64,000 nt of DNA from Zootoca vivipara (Eukaryota): positions 58,652,001 through 58,716,000 of the forward strand of contig NC_083283.1 in assembly GCF_963506605.1 (NCBI RefSeq), written 5' to 3'. The notes below the pieces were generated by a model. It was not told where the DNA came from, did not search any database, and worked only from the letters and a program-made list of their open reading frames with translations. This document shows positions 14,550 through 29,024 of the stretch, in pieces; the stretch's first letter is position 1, and every line of letters begins with the position of its first letter. Both the position numbers and the translations under genes were made by a program.

Positions 14550-15995
14550 TATGTGTAGAGTTGTCACTGGGGCTGCCCAGTTATTTGCCGTATATCCACA
14601 CACACACCTCTTCAGGCAAGATGTCTTTGGGGACTGAAATTTTAACAAGTATTAACAGAGGTAGCCACAAGAATGCTTAGTGAAACATTCCTCATTTGTA
14701 TAAGACAACAGGAGGTGGTGGTGGGAAAGGAAAATAGAGCTTGTAACACTACAACAAACATCTGCACATGCACAACATAGCCTAAAACAAATGGTGATGT
14801 TTTTATTTAAATTAGAAATTATGTAAAAACTATAGTTCCAGCACTCAACTTAAAATACAGCAAAAGATAAGAGGCTCAAATGAGTAACCACTACAAAAAG
14901 CTCTGTACTCTTGAAAATGCTCACTTGGCCTATTTTGGCTAGCAATGTTTATTCTCACAAATTGAAACACATTAGCAATTTTAAAACATTAGCATGTTAA
15001 AATAACGTTTTGAATACCCATGAGCATTTAATTGGTTCTTCTTGATATTAGAGTGCTATCTTCTTGTTGTGTGAGCCATCTTAACTATGCAGCTAGTTAA
15101 AATAACCAAATGTGACCACAACAAACACACACAGTTTTTATAGAAGACAGTGGCCGTACCTTCTTCAACCCCCATCCTACCCCTGAAGATATCATTCCGT
15201 TCCTAGTAGTAAAAACTACGTGTGTGTGATGGCCCTCAAAGTTGGTATGCAATTATGTTTCTATAAAAGGTAATATAGGAGGAAGCAAGTTTCCTGCATC
15301 TACTGTTAGGTCTCAGCAAGAGTCCAGCAAAAGGTACAGTACTATGATTCATGTGATCCAGAAGAAAGAAGCAGGTCCCAGAGAAGAGGAACAAGGATCA
15401 GAGGAGCTACATAGCCAAAGGCCAGATCCAAGACACCAGTCAGGGAAAGGATCATGGAATGAATCCATGTACGCATGCCTGAGCAATATTAGTGATTTGG
15501 ATTAAGCAAGCTCAAAGAGGGCTTCAGTGAGCTTGGTGGATGGGAATGGAGTCAGCAGAATGACTGTTAAGGCAGGCTTGATGGTGCTCCCAAACCATGG
15601 AACTCACTCAGTGGGCTTACTGGGCAAACAGCATGCTGGTACCCACAAGAGGTAAGGTGCAGCAACCTGAAGGCTGGAAGTTGGAGTTTGAAACACACAC
15701 CCTCACCCAGATGGCCTTCCCACCTTCTTTAGTTCAAGGACCTCTGGGAAATGTGGGAAAAACTGGTGGTACCGGACAGAAAGTCAGCGAGATGTCATTT
15801 AAATCAGGTAACCCAGGAACTTTGGGTCCAACTCTGCCATATGTTACTGTTTTAGCTCTCAGGAAGGAGATTTTTGTGTTGTGGTGGTTGTTTTAAGTAG
15901 CTTTTGGGGCACTGCACGGACCTGGTAAACTTAAGAATCGTGAAATGTGTAAGAGACCAAAAGCTGACAATATTCATTATGAGCATACCTTAATT

Positions 15996-16215
15996 TAAGG
16001 GCGGGGAACCCTTTTCAGCCTAAGGGCCTCATTTTCTGGGAGCCACTGGCTAGTGGTGGCTAGGGCCAGATGTAATAGGTGGGTAGAGCAAGGGGCTACA
16101 GAGCACATTCCAACCCTGGTAAAAGCACCACAGAAGGGTGTAGAGCAAAGGCAGTGAGGGATGTGGCCAGAGGAGTGGGCTAGATGGCCTGGGTGATTGG
16201 GGTCCCCCATCCCTG
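15996..16215. mobile_element. hAT MITE
   Basis: Perfect 8-bp TSD CCTTAATT (15988-15995 and 16216-16223); ends ...cccatccctg. Confidence 0.75.
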
Positions 16216-18859
16216 CCTTAATTTAACTGGGCTGCAGAACACTAAAATGAGATTATGAACATGAAAAAGATGGTTGATTTAGAGTCAGCTGAAATAACTG
16301 TGCAGGATTCTTTGACTTCTAATATGCCATATGCATATAAAATTTAAAGCCAAAATGCAGAAGCATTTCTCATCCTCATGCTGCGACACCATAAAATAAA
16401 TTTCACCAAAGTAACATGATTTTAGATGAAAGAAAATAGGAACTGTGTAATTATATACATTTACCTTGACAAATAGAAAGCAATCTGTGATTAGAGCATA
16501 GCAATTAGGTACAAAATGCTTCCAATGGATTTAATTACCCATCAGTCTACAAGTTTCTTAATTACCTCTATCTCACTGCATCAGTTTAAAAAAATTTTTT
16601 TTGCCTGAGGCAGCTAGTCACTTATTTGCCAAGCTTGAAGATTTTGAATATGAATAAATTACTTTACTAAAGCAAAAATATTTGGGTTATGGATAAACAG
16701 TTTTTCTAAAGCCTGTCCTTATTCAGCCTTTTGTAGGCTGAAGGCATACATTATTGTTGCTTCTAGAATGGCTCTTTCTCCAGCAAAATGCAAATAGTAT
16801 CCAGGTATCTATTTTTATTTTTTTAAAAACTGTGTCTCAAGCAAGTTCCAATGGTTATTTTTGAAAAAACAAAGAGTCACATGGCATTTTAAAGATTGAC
16901 ATGTTTATTAAGCCATGAACTCTTGTGGGCAAAATCTTACCTATACTACTAATAGGAATTGGCTCTTGCCCTGAAATGTAATATAATGATTTGTTTTAGT
17001 CTTCAAGATATCAAAAGATTCTGTGGGAAGCCATTCTCAAAAGACACCTCCAAAAAGGGGGGGGGGAGACACCTTCCAATTGGACAGGTATCAAAAGCCT
17101 GATTTTCCACTTAGCTTGCATGAGTTAAAAATCAACGAGAAAAGTAATCTTAATGTAGAAGACTCTCAAGTCATCTACATTATTAATAGGCAATGCAACT
17201 GAAAAATGTTTTTGTTCACCTGTCTCCATTGCATTTCCAAATGATTTTGAAATGAAAGGTGCTGAAGCATGAAGATTGCAGGCACTCGTTGCCTTCTGAA
17301 ATCACAGTGCAGGGAATTGGTGGAATTCCTGCCTCCTTTGCCACAGTGAACTTTCCTTGAAAGCAGACTACAAATTCACAGGGGTCCCTTGCCTTCAATC
17401 AAGAAAATGCTTAAAATGACCCCCATCTGCCACTTTAATGTATTCTGCCCAAAGACTTCCATAAATATTTAATGCAAGAAAGGGGCTGTTTAAACACAAT
17501 GAATAACTTGTGAAATTAAAGTTGGCTGATGGATTACACCACGTAATGCACTGTAAACAGTGTTGGAGAAAGCATAGGACAGTCAGACACACATGCCATC
17601 TCTTCAGTTAGAAGGGTCGGAAACATACTCAAACCACTGTAAGATTACTTTAATGCTTCTGTATTGCAATGACTTGGATCCAAAACCAATTCATCCCATG
17701 TGCAAATAAAAGGCATTTCCTCCTTCTATTCCCATATCCTCAGCTGTAACCTCTCATGTCTCCTGAAGATGAGCTCTGGAGGGTCCCCCAAACCTTCAAG
17801 AAGGGTTAGGAGGAAGAACCATAGTGCTCATTTGGATCTGAGCCATTGGCGAATACTGTTTACAATGTTGGAAAAGCTTTCTGTTCTTCTTGCACTCGTG
17901 AACATATAATACAGGCTCGTGTTGAATGAAAAACCATTTATTAAATTATTTAAATTTTGTTACTATCTTATTAAACAAGCTAGAAAATTGATGACGTTAA
18001 CTACACTGAAATAAATTACAGTTATTGGACAAAGTGTAACATGCCAACATCTGACAGAAAAAGAAGTCTGCTGGGTTTTATTCTAGACAGACCAAGTAGA
18101 CCCAAATGAGTGAGCCACCTGCACAGAATATACTATATTTTTGATTTTTTTCTTTAAGAAAATGTTTTCCTAAATGCAGGAAGGATCTTCATTTTTAGGT
18201 TTACACTGTTGCATGTTTATTGTCACAAACATTGCACTCCCAAATTAATAGCTTGCTCAACATTTCAAAATTCTATACAGTGTAACAAACCTGGATTGTT
18301 TATTGTGTATCACACTACAGAAACAGGTACAGTTAGTAGGCAAGTGCCAGTGCCAGGTACAAATTCTTTAGACAGAATAAGAGAATAAGAAATGAATAAG
18401 AAAACAAACGGTAATTTACTGAGAATATTGTAAGAAAAACACACATTTCAAATGTTTGTTTCACTTGGTGTTCCTGGAAAACTTCCCTAAATTTTCCCAG
18501 CATTCATGGTTTGAATTGAGGAAAGCTTGTATGTAAGCAAACAAAAACATCCAAGGGCAGGACATAAACACACATGAAGAGGAAACACACATGCACACAA
18601 ACCACAAAGTGGTGGTGGGTGCAGAGGGCTCTTATAGCCAAGGCAACACAATGGAGAGCCATATTGTTTCATTCATGCCTAGTTTATTTTTTATATTTGA
18701 AAAAAAGAACCACACTCTCATGCACTGTGCACATTTTGGATGGAGTTGCCCACCTGATTGAGCAGGTTTACAGACTGGTCATGCTTCTTAATCCATCTTT
18801 GTTGCAGGTTACTTCTGTGACATAGAGCATCTCATACTATCTTCAGCTGGTCTGCCAAA

Positions 18860-19350
18860 TGTGACAGATATAGTCCGAGTTCAGCTGTCCTCCTGTACCA
18901 GGAGTCATGGGACAAAACCAGTAGTCAGGACCAAAAGGAAAAACAGGAGGCAGGATTGAAGTGCAACTCTGAAATCAGGATGGAAGAGCAAATCAGAGTA
19001 GGAGAAAGCCAAAAGTTTGCCTTGGGCCCTGTTGGTAGCAGCCTGGATACACCTGCTCATGAGTACCAGTCACTGGCCATGTCCTCCTTATTCAAACTTC
19101 TGCTTCTTCTCTCACATGGTTGCCTTTCTTCGTTCTTCTGTATACCATGGGTCAAATGACTGTCACTCCCTGAAAGCCCCTCTCTTCAAACCTTCCCTTG
19201 GCCAGTCTCCTTCCTTCCCTGTTGTCTTCTGTCATGGGCCCTAGATCTGCATGGCAGAATGTCTGGTTGATCCTTTGGCCATCTTTGCTAGCCTCAACTT
19301 GGTCACTCTTGAGTCAGCCCCCAATGGGTGTACCCCTCCCAACCACAACA
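18860..19350. mobile_element. Possible solo LTR
   Basis: TGTGACAG...CCACAACA (TG...CA) ends around ~490 bp of GC-elevated sequence; no clean TSD. Confidence 0.3.
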
Positions 19351-19439
19351 TATGTTTCAGTTTTCAGCATTCCAACAACGATTTATAAGTTACAGGGAAG
19401 AACAAACAATGATTAAATTTATCTGGTTAGTATGAAGTA

Positions 19440-19626
19440 CGGGAAGGTAAACGGTGTTTCTGTGCGCTGCTCTGGTTTGCCATAAGCAGCTTAGTCATGC
19501 TGGCCACATGACCCGGAAGCTGTCTGTGGACAAACGCCGGTTCCCTCGGCCAGTAAAGCGAGATGAGCGCCGCAACCCCAGAGTCATCCGCGACTGGACT
19601 TAACGGTCAGGGGTCCCTTTACCTTT
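19440..19626 (+). mobile_element. Sauria SINE (5'-truncated)
   Basis: gtcatgctggccacatgacccggaagc...gatgagcgccgcaacccc...ggggtccctttACCTTT tail; TSD TATGAAGTA at 19431-19439 and 19626-19634. Confidence 0.9.
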
Positions 19627-21329
19627 ATGAAGTATGTGGGCAGTACATACTGCTTTATGGCATACAGCACAATATATTAAGACATATCCTGAATTTTACA
19701 CAGCCAGAGCCTGGTCTTGCTAGACTTTCATCTCTCCCTCTGAACATGACCATTAACAACTTAAGTGTCCTATGGGAAAGATTCCGAGGGAGGGAGAAAG
19801 AGAGGGGGGGGAGGTAAGCGAAGACCATCTCAGCCTTCTCCAGCAGGATCCATCTCCATGCAACTGCCCTAAGGGAAGGATGTTTATATTATTCACTCTT
19901 TACCCCCAAAAAAGTAGTTTAATATTACTTATATGCCGTTTTGGCATAGTTTTGATGCCAAAGAGTGGATATATAAATAGTTTAAGTAAACATAGGGAAA
20001 TAATACATCCTTTGGGCTTTGCCATGGAAGCCTGAAAAAATGTTCAATAGCTAAATGTGGTCATTCCTTTCCTCTTCTAGTTTCTCATCACATTTTTCTT
20101 ATCTTATTCAAGATGAAACCGATCCTAGTTCTTCAGTTCTCTGAGGTTGTCAGGCTGGAGCAATCATCCATCTATCTAACATCAACACTGGTCATGTTGG
20201 GAAAAGGTAGTCCTGGACACCACCTTCTTTCCTGGGTTCAATGCCATTCAGATACAAGATACTACACTTTACTATTTTCCATAGATAACTGAAACGTTAT
20301 TAATATAGTAGTATGTCTTGAAAGCAGGGAAGAATATTGTTTTATTTAACAATATAAATAAAATACAAGCACAGTATACCATGTGCTGTAAGCAACTCTC
20401 TTGTCCAAAATCATCAACTTTTTGAGATGTATTTCTATGAAATACCTTCAAGTAGAAACACCTGGAAAAGATGAAAGGCTGTACCAGTGAAGAGGATAAT
20501 GTATTTTTACAAGGCTTTGAGATCAAAGGGAAAAGTTCTCTGTATACCAAGACAAAACTAGTTTGTTTGTTTTTAAAAAAATAGTTGTCATTTTAAACCC
20601 AAGCAGTCACATCCTTTGGTAAATAAGAATTGGTGAACTAAGACTGCAAAATGCAGTTGCTTTAAGCATATACCCAAGGCTCTTACACACACATCACCTT
20701 GAAGAGACGTTTCAGGAATTTTATCTCATTCTCAGAAAAACCACTGTATACACATATGCAAACACACACAGTACAATGTAAAAACCACTCACCTTATACC
20801 ACAGACAATGGTTATAAATCTGTCATTGTGGCAGGCAACACTGCAAGGAAAATCTGACAAATGCAAAGCTAAGAAATATTTTCCAACTTTAAAAGAAATG
20901 CTCTATAATGAACTGTGGGTCTTGTTACATTCATTTATTAGTCTTTTGGTCGGTTGCTTCATTAAAAAAAACCTTTTAAAAAGCAGCCACGCTGCAAACT
21001 ATTTATTCTTAAGTAATCTCACTGAGGTTCCACTTCAGAGTTCAAGGAGGCTGCCAAATGAGAGCTATTACAAAATGGGATATTAAGTGGTCTTCAAATT
21101 TAAGTGGTCTTTAAATTTAAGGACTACTGCCATAATTCCTATGAGCTGGGCTAATCTGTTTCCCCTTTTTGTGGACAATAACAACATTAAGCATTTATAT
21201 AGCACTTTCCCTAAGGACTCAAATAAATGTTCATCTGTTTTCAGTAATCCCACCACCAGCCTTGTAAGGCAGGCCATTATTATTATGCCTCTAATACGGA
21301 TGGGGGCTGAAACTCCTGATGGTCTTACC

Positions 21330-21575
21330 CATGGGTCAGCAACCTAAGGCCCATGGGCTGGAAGCAGCCCATGGAGATCGTTTGACTGGCCCCCAAACCA
21401 AGTTGCCCATTTGCGCGCTGCGCTAAACCAGCACAGTGCAGGGACTCGCTTCCACGGTGCTGGAAATTGCATCTGCTCAGACACAGACGCCAAAAATTGC
21501 AGGCACAATCCGGCCCATGGAGGGATCTCTGCGGGACCAATCTGGCCCAGGCAAGATAAACCTTGCTGACCCCTG
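21330..21575. mobile_element. hAT (Charlie-like) MITE
   Basis: CATGGGTCAGCAA...TTGCTGACCCCTG TIRs; TSD GTCTTACC/GTCTAACC (7 of 8). Confidence 0.82.
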
Positions 21576-21624
21576 GTCTAACCTCTTGAAACCACATACT
21601 ACTTCAGTTTCCTGATTTAGTTCC

Positions 21625-21863
21625 CTCACTGCGAGAAGCAAAGTTACAGGGAACCAAGCAGAGGGCCTTCTTGGTAGTGGTGCCCGCCCTGTGGAATGCC
21701 CTCCCATCAGATGTCAAAGAAATAATTAACTATCGGACGTTTAGAAGACATCTGAAGGCAGCCTTGTTTAGGGAAGTTTTTAATGATTGATGTTTTAATG
21801 TATTTTTAATCTTTTCTTGGAAGCCACCCACAGTGGCTGGGGAAGCCCAGCCAGATGGGCGGA

Positions 21864-21907
<44 letters not shown>
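21625..21907 (+). mobile_element. L2-type LINE 3' fragment with (AAT)n tail
   Basis: gaagcaaagttacagggaacc...ctgtggaatgccctccc...cagatgggcggag then (aat)n; homologous to 35713-36125. Confidence 0.87.
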
Positions 21908-21908
<1 letters not shown>

Positions 21909-22149
21909 GCAACGGCTTGTGTAAAGCACAATGGCTGATACAAGCTGTAAGACCACCACAGAGAAGGTCTTGTCCCTAATGGTGCCTGCCCTGGCACTGC
22001 AGCTGCAGGATACCTGTTCCAGGGAGATATGTCTGACTAATCTGTGGTTCAGGACCTAGCCCATCTCGCTGAATAATGGTTTTCTCTACTGCTATTATTT
22101 CAATGCTAAAATGTTGCTGCTTGTTATCTGTTGTTTTTAATTGTTCATA

Positions 22150-22365
22150 CAGTAGAATCTCGGTTTTCGAACGTAATCCGTTCTGGAAGTCTGTTCAACT
22201 TCTGAAACATGTGAAAACCGAGAAACAAAAGGCTGTCAGCAAGTTCAATAGGGAAAATCGAGAAATGTGCCTTAGAAGCCATTCGACTTCCGAGTCGCGT
22301 TCAAGAACGGAAGCGTCCACTTCCGGGATTTTGGTTTTTGGCAGCAGAGACGTTCAAAAACCTTA
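22150..22365. mobile_element. Tigger-like MITE, one end degraded
   Basis: TA|CAGTAGAATCTCGGTTTTCGAACGTAATCCGTTC resembles the start of 1134-1369. Confidence 0.6.
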
Positions 22366-22508
22366 ATGTTTTAGCAATTGTTTTGTAAACCACATTGGGA
22401 GGGTGAACATCCTAAATGGCAGGATAAAAATATATAAACCAATTAAATAAGTAAATTTTTAACAAGATATGAACCAGCAACTTTTGAGCTTAAAAAGTTG
22501 CTGTACTG

Positions 22509-22634
22509 CAAGTTTGGGTCTGCAGCTGTTTTTGGACTACAACACGCATCATCCCTAGCTAGCAGGACCAGTGCTCAGGGATGATGGGAATTGTAGTCTA
22601 AAAACAGATGCAGACCCAAGTTCTGGGGAAACTG
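22509..22634. mobile_element. Palindromic hAT MITE
   Basis: Perfect TSD CTGTACTG (22501-22508 and 22635-22642); same family as 40462-40597. Confidence 0.8.
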
Positions 22635-23592
22635 CTGTACTGCATAAATATTCAGGCTCAGTGGCTTTCCCTTCACTAGAATTGTTGGTAGGTACCGTTT
22701 TCACTCAGCCTCCCAGGGAATAGATACCTAGGAAGAAGCTAGTCATACATAAATGGCCATGCTATCATGCTTCACAGAATTACTTGCTTACTGCACCTGA
22801 AATCTTTGAAAAGAATGAACATGCATCATTTAAAGAAGCTAAGAGAATGAAGATGACACCCACAGTGCATCACTGTAAAGCCTAATAGTAGTTTATCAGC
22901 GTGAAAGTATAAAAGGGAGTGTCTGAATCAATATAAACAAACTAAAAACTGTTCCTCCTGCCACACCAAAACTAGCTCACTGTATCTCCAATTATTTGAA
23001 ATATATGCAAAATACTCTCACTGCTCTCCTCTGACTGCCTTCCAAGTTGTTTGCTTCTTTCAAGAACTGACTCTCCAGATTTAGTAACATTAAATATTTA
23101 GTGGAGAAGGCTCAAGCAAAGGCTTTATAATGCCATATAGAGAGATTCATTGCAGTTGGAGGATTTCTGTAATCATGCAAAGAAACATCAAAATTGTATT
23201 TTATATGTTTACATATACATACCCTAGCCTGTGCAGAGATTACTAAACCTCTTTGCCCCTGCACTCTGCAAGGAGGCATAGGGCAAAGCCAGTTAGCCTG
23301 GAAACTTGACTGTGAAGGAGGAGATAGCGGAGATCACTGTGGCTGTCTTGTAACTATTCCTTCCTGACAGCAGAGAATGAGAGAGGGGGGGATCCAAGCT
23401 GGTCCTATTTACTCTTTCATACCGATGAAACCACACCAGTGCTTGACAAAACAATACTAATGATTATAAATGCTTTTTTTAAGTCTATTTTTTCTTGGAA
23501 GCCATCAGAATGCAGCATCTGTGTATTTCAAAAATAAACCTAATACTGCAAATATTTGGAGATGCCCCAATTTTTCTACAATAAACCATTAT

Positions 23593-24354
23593 GATCTTGT
23601 TTACATGTAGTGCTAAGCCAAACCAGAGCTTATGGTGAATGAGCAAAATGTGATAGTTCCCAGGTAGAAGATCACAGTTGCTTTGGTCCTCCTCTAGTCC
23701 TACTGTTGCTGCACTGCTTTGAGCTATGCCATGATCTGGCTTATTGTTACACCTGAACCTGGGCTTGTTGCTAATCCTGTCCAAGACAAAGCACAAGAAG
23801 TAGCCAAGGTGTGTTCTGTGGCATACCACCAGGGATAGGCAACCTAAGGCCCGTGAGCCAGATGCGGCCCAATCGCCTTCTCAATCCGGCCTGCGGACGG
23901 TCTGGGAATCAGCGTGTTTTTACATGAGTAGAATGTGTCCTTTTATTTAAAATGCATCTCTGGGGTATTTGTGGGGCCTGCCTGGAGTTTCTATGTGAGT
24001 AGAATGTGTGCTTTTATTTAAAATGCATCTCTGGATTATTTGTGGGGCATAGGAATTCGTTCATATTTTTTTTCAAAATATAGTCTGGCCCACCACATGG
24101 TCTGAGGGACGGTGGACCGGCCCACGGCTGAAAAAGGTTGCTGACCCCTGCTTACCGCTCATGGTTTATCTGGAGGAAACAAACCATGACTCCAGGTTTG
24201 GGCATAACACTATGCCAAACCATGGCTTAGCTCCTAACAGTGAGGCAAAGCTTGGACTGGAGGAGCGAAGATGTTTTAATCTTTCTAGCAACCTGCACAT
24301 TTGCCCGTTTGCACTAAACTATGGCTTAGCTTAGCATTATGTGCAAACTGGGTC
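23593..24354. mobile_element. Old fold-back DNA element (PIF/Harbinger-like) interrupted by a younger MITE
   Basis: Left arm gatcttgtttacatgtagtgctaagccaaacc is the degenerate reverse complement of right arm ggcttagcttagcattatgtgcaaactgggtc; flanked by 3-bp TAT/TAT. Confidence 0.55.
23830..24150 (+). mobile_element. hAT-Charlie-like MITE with an internal ~70-bp tandem duplication
   Basis: CAGGGATAGGCAACCT...AGGTTGCTGACCCCTG; TSD CATACCAC/CTTACCGC; a close copy lies at 53730-54052. Confidence 0.85.
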
Positions 24355-26094
24355 TATGTGTAATTCTATCTGGCAAAAAAGCTAAGTTTTCAAAGCTGTA
24401 AGCAAAGGATTTTAAGCTGAACTCTGTTTATCCACTGAAAAATTCCTATTGGCGTCTTGTTTCTGCTCAAGGACCAAATGGGATTTTTTTGTATTTTACT
24501 GAGGGTCTAATGAGAGCTGCTTTTGTGATCAGTGGCTGCAAGCAGTTAGTAGATGTAGGTGCAGTACAAAGAGTTTTGTATTTGAGTCCCTGCTTAAGAG
24601 TACAATGTTATTCTCTTGGTAACAGCTGTTTCCACTTCCCTTAAGTGTGGCAGGTGCAGGACAAAGGATTCAAATTCTCTCCACCTGCTGCCTCAAATTC
24701 TACTCAGGTAACTCACTAGAACTTATCTTTGTGTACCTGTCACCACAACAGATGTTCAATGGGAAGGCAAGATAGCCACACCCACATATCTCTGGGTTAA
24801 TCTTTGGCTTGTTTAGCCAATCTGACTAGAGTAACTGAGCAGTGCAAATGATAACATTTGCTATCAAAATACAGCCAATCTGTTTAGTCGAAATGCAACA
24901 TATGGGGGGGGGAGCTATTGTTTTTTCCCATCATGCCTCTGTTGAAAAAAGTAAACCAGTGAAAGCTTTCACTGCAAGACATTTGATTAAACTATATAAG
25001 TTTAAACTATATAAGCTTCAACCTTCATGAAAATATTGTGAATATTCTTTCTAGGGTCTCTCCAGATGACCTGTTTATTGAGCATTAATCCTGATTTGTC
25101 TGCACAAAGCTTACACAGAGATTAGATTGTATCTGGTCTTTACTGAGGATTCGTTGATTTGTTTGCAGGATAGTTATAATCTTCCTGCTAGTCAATTGTT
25201 CAACCCTCATCTTTCAATGCATTTCTCTGTCACTTTCCAAACCACAAAAAAACTGATTCTTTTAAAAAAGTGGATTTGTTGTGCCAGGATGACAGAGCTC
25301 TTAAATCCCCTTTAATTGCACAAACTAAAGTTTTGGTATGCTTCTTGCTAAATAGTGACAGTTCAAGTTAACGTTGTTAATGGAGAGGTTAGAAGACCTT
25401 CCTTTCATAATATGTGAGAGTGTGCATTAGAAGATGCACTTTCACCAAGCTGCTGCCTTATATAGTCAGAGCATTGGCTCATCTCACTCAGTCTACAGTG
25501 ACTGGCAACAGCTCTCCAATGTTCCCAAAATTTACACCGGTAACTGCTTTAACAGATGGAAGAAACACACACTTAAAAAAAGAGTGTTTCTAATTTCACA
25601 TTAATTTTTAAATTAACAGATAATGCAAGAAAAATTCATTTTCTCCTAATTGAATGCTGTGTGTTCATAGTTATTGCAAACAAGTCAGTTAACTAGTATT
25701 AAATAATAGAGAATGCCTACCCATATATTAGAAACTATCATGTGTAAAAAAATATAACCTTACTAACCACTGAATATATTGTACTTATATGCAGTATATA
25801 CAAAACTGCCCAGGAGTGAAGGAGAGTACAGGGAGAAATCTTAATTAGCGTGATTTACATAATTTCAAATGATGGAAGCTCAATTTATGACAGTGCATTC
25901 TAAGGAAGCTAAATGCAGCATTATTGTTTTTTCAATGAGATGAAAACTGCAGATATCTCATTAGTTCCTATGCATCCGGTTGCAGCCAAAGATAATATGG
26001 AAGCATACTGGCCCTGCTGTGCATGACAGTATGAAAGAGAGGTTGATGAGTTGAGGAATTTGCTAGAATTGTACAATTGAAAAAAACCTGGTGA

Positions 26095-26170
26095 AAGCTC
26101 AGAGCTTGGTAAGAAGGCACATGTGTTGAATGCAGAAGGTACCAGGTTCAATCCCTGGCACCTTCAAATA
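26095..26170 (+). mobile_element. Squam3-like SINE head fragment
   Basis: atgcagaaggtaccaggttcaatccctggcacc (B-box GGTTCAATCCC). Confidence 0.55.
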
Positions 26171-28551
26171 AAAGACCTCATGCCTCCTTTGAGATCTTCT
26201 GGACTGTTTTGCACATAGCTCTTGTTGGAATCTACCATAAGTGGATGCAACTTTTATGCCATATCCACACCATACATTTGGAGCACTCTTATAATACTTT
26301 TAACAACCATAGCTTCCCCCAAAGAATCCTGGGAACTGTAGTTTGTTAAAGATGCTGAGCATGGTTAGAAGACCCTTCACAGAACTACAAATCCCTACAC
26401 CATGGCTTGGCTTTCAAAGGTTGTCCCTCAAATGGAGAAGGCCAGCTTGAGAAGGCCCTGGTGCTGGGAAAGTCATCTTCTATTTCTATAGGAAACAGGG
26501 TCTTCCCAATGACTTCGGAGACAGGAGGTGCTCTAGGAGGGCTCCAAATAGTGGCAGCTCAGCAGTAAAAAAGAACAGAGAAGAAAAGATGGTAATGAAA
26601 TAGCTCACAATGAATCCTCTAATTCCCCTGGCTCACTCCATCCCCTTGTCCTATAAGCCACAATGTTCTAGAGTGCCCTTAACCCCCAGGAGATGCTTTT
26701 GGCAGAGTACAAGGGACTGCAGTGGGGAGAATGACCAGAAAGGGGTCATTGTGTAACTAGAGTTCCATCCATGCTCCCCTGGAGCCAGGGAAAAGGTCAC
26801 CCGACGAGTTTCATGGCTGAGCAGGGATATAAACTCATGTCACCACACCGGCTCGTTTCACCCTGAACCTAACTAGTGAACAGTGCATATTACACCATTA
26901 GAAAAGTGGGGCACTATGATACTGAATTATATTTGAACCATGAAACAGAATACCTTAGCAACAGAGTTAAAAGGTGCAAATGGTGGTGCAGGGGGAGCCC
27001 AAAGCCTCCTATAATTGTTGACAGGTGAATATTTTTATTTATGAAATTTATGAAATTTATATCCTGCCCTTTCTGCATATGACCTCCAAGGCAGCTTACA
27101 ACAGGATTAAAGTGATACAACTCTCCCTGCCAACAAATAAAATAATTACCACATTTTACCTTTCAGTAGAAATTATTTAAGGAAATGTCACAGAGATCAT
27201 TTTCTACACACATACAGCATACACCTCTGAAATGCTCAAATGTGCTCAAGGTGTCAGAGGAAGACAAGTAAACAGTTTTCTGAATAGCACTGCTGCCCTC
27301 TTCTGGGCTGAAAGTTGCCCATCCCCCATGCTTTTAACTAATTCTACCATTAAGTCCTGGAGTTCCATACTAAACCACATAAGGAAATACATTCAAAATT
27401 ACTGAAGAAAGCTAAATATTCTGGAAACGTGTGTGGGCTATTAAAATTTTTTGTTTAAGAGCTCTAACACATGAGTAGTGAAAGACCTTACTGAATAATA
27501 GCAATTGTTACCAAAACACTGATAAATATGGGCAGTGGGAGTGTTGCTGCAGATGAAACTATCAAAGAAACATCTGGAATAAATCGGAAAAATCTCTAAA
27601 GGAAATGTCTCCAAGAACACCTCCCCCTGCCTTTCCCCTTGCCATAACTTACAGGCTGCTTTAGGAAAAGAATGCCAACAGACAGCAATCCAAATCTTTC
27701 ATAAATATTTGATATTATAATTTCACAAATATTTCACACTTAGAAATAAGATGCCTGCATATTTTTAGGTTATCAAATGACCTAGCAAAGAACTATGATT
27801 AGAGGAGGAGAAGGAGGAGGAAAAGGGCTAGCACAAAATCAATCTCCCTTCCTCTCCCAGAGCCACCAACAGTTCATTACGAAATCCCAAAATAAAACCC
27901 TTAATACAAGTTCATGTACTGTTCAAGGGCTCGAGCAATTCAGTGTGCGCTGTTTTTCATGACACATTGATCATTCTCTTCCCTCTCCCACACACATCTT
28001 GCTTCCCACTGATTTGGCAAGCGTATCTTAACCTTTTACAATGGAATTGAAGGCTCCGAACACAAGCTGATTCAGAACCTGCTCAAGCTTCTTATGGACA
28101 TGCATCTTAAGAAGGGTCTTTTCCGGAACAAGTACTTTTTTGTAGTTGGGATTGCTTTTTGGTATTAAATAGAGATATGAAGGCCAAGAAAAAAAGTCTC
28201 CACCCCAAGGCCTGGAATTAATGGAGGAGGAGGAAACACTGGAAAGCTTGGAAGAAATTTTTAAAAACCCTTAAATGGTTTTGGGGTTGTTGTTGTTGGG
28301 TTTGTTTGTTTTTGGAATAAGGGGAAAATGTAAACACTTTAAAAAGCGGTTATAAAAAATAAGATTGTTACAGCCCATTCATGCTGGTGTAAACCTCTTC
28401 TGTTCAAGCATTGGTTGCACTCACTGGTGAAACTTGGTGTCTCAAATTTCAGTGGTGCCCTGTGCGATACCAAAATTGGGCCTCTTGTTGGACTTCATAG
28501 TAGATCCGCCACTTGCTGCACTGCTACTGCATTTGACTGGATTGGTAAATA

Positions 28552-28700
28552 CCGTTTATTCCCGTATAAGACGACCCCCACCTTTTCCAGTTAAAATATA
28601 GAGTCTGGGATATACTTGCTGTAGAAGAAATACGACCCGGTGTATAAGACGACCCCTGACTTTTGGGTTAAAAAGTAGTCTTATATGCAGGAATATACAG
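28552..28700. mobile_element. TcMar (pogo/Tc2-like) MITE
   Basis: TA|CCGTTTATTCCCGTATAAGAC...GTCTTATATGCAGGAATATACAG|TA. Confidence 0.78.
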
Positions 28701-28976
28701 TAAGTAACACTCTTGGGATGTTGGGAAAGTAATTTCAAATGTTCTTTAGTTATTTGGTGAAGGAGTATTGTAGCAGTGATCTTAGATTGATGTCGGCAAA
28801 CCGCATCAAATAGAAAGCTAGCTGTCAAAACTCTCAGCTGTCAAACGCACACAATAGTTTTAACATAGTGCTGGCAAACCTTCCTGTACGTCAGTATGCA
28901 TAAACACGCATTCACAAGTTGGGTCAATGGGGCATTAGAGGGCAGCAGGTCACTACTGGACTGGCCAGAGTTGGGA

Positions 28977-29024
28977 GGGTCAGATCCAGGTTAGGAGGAA
29001 GGGTCAGATCCAGGTTAGGAGGAA
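28977..29024. repeat. Perfect 24-bp tandem duplication
   Basis: GGGTCAGATCCAGGTTAGGAGGAA x2. Confidence 0.95.

Noticed and set aside
15303-15720. LTR-like fragment
   Set aside because: It has a TG start and purine-rich composition, but no definable CA end or TSD.
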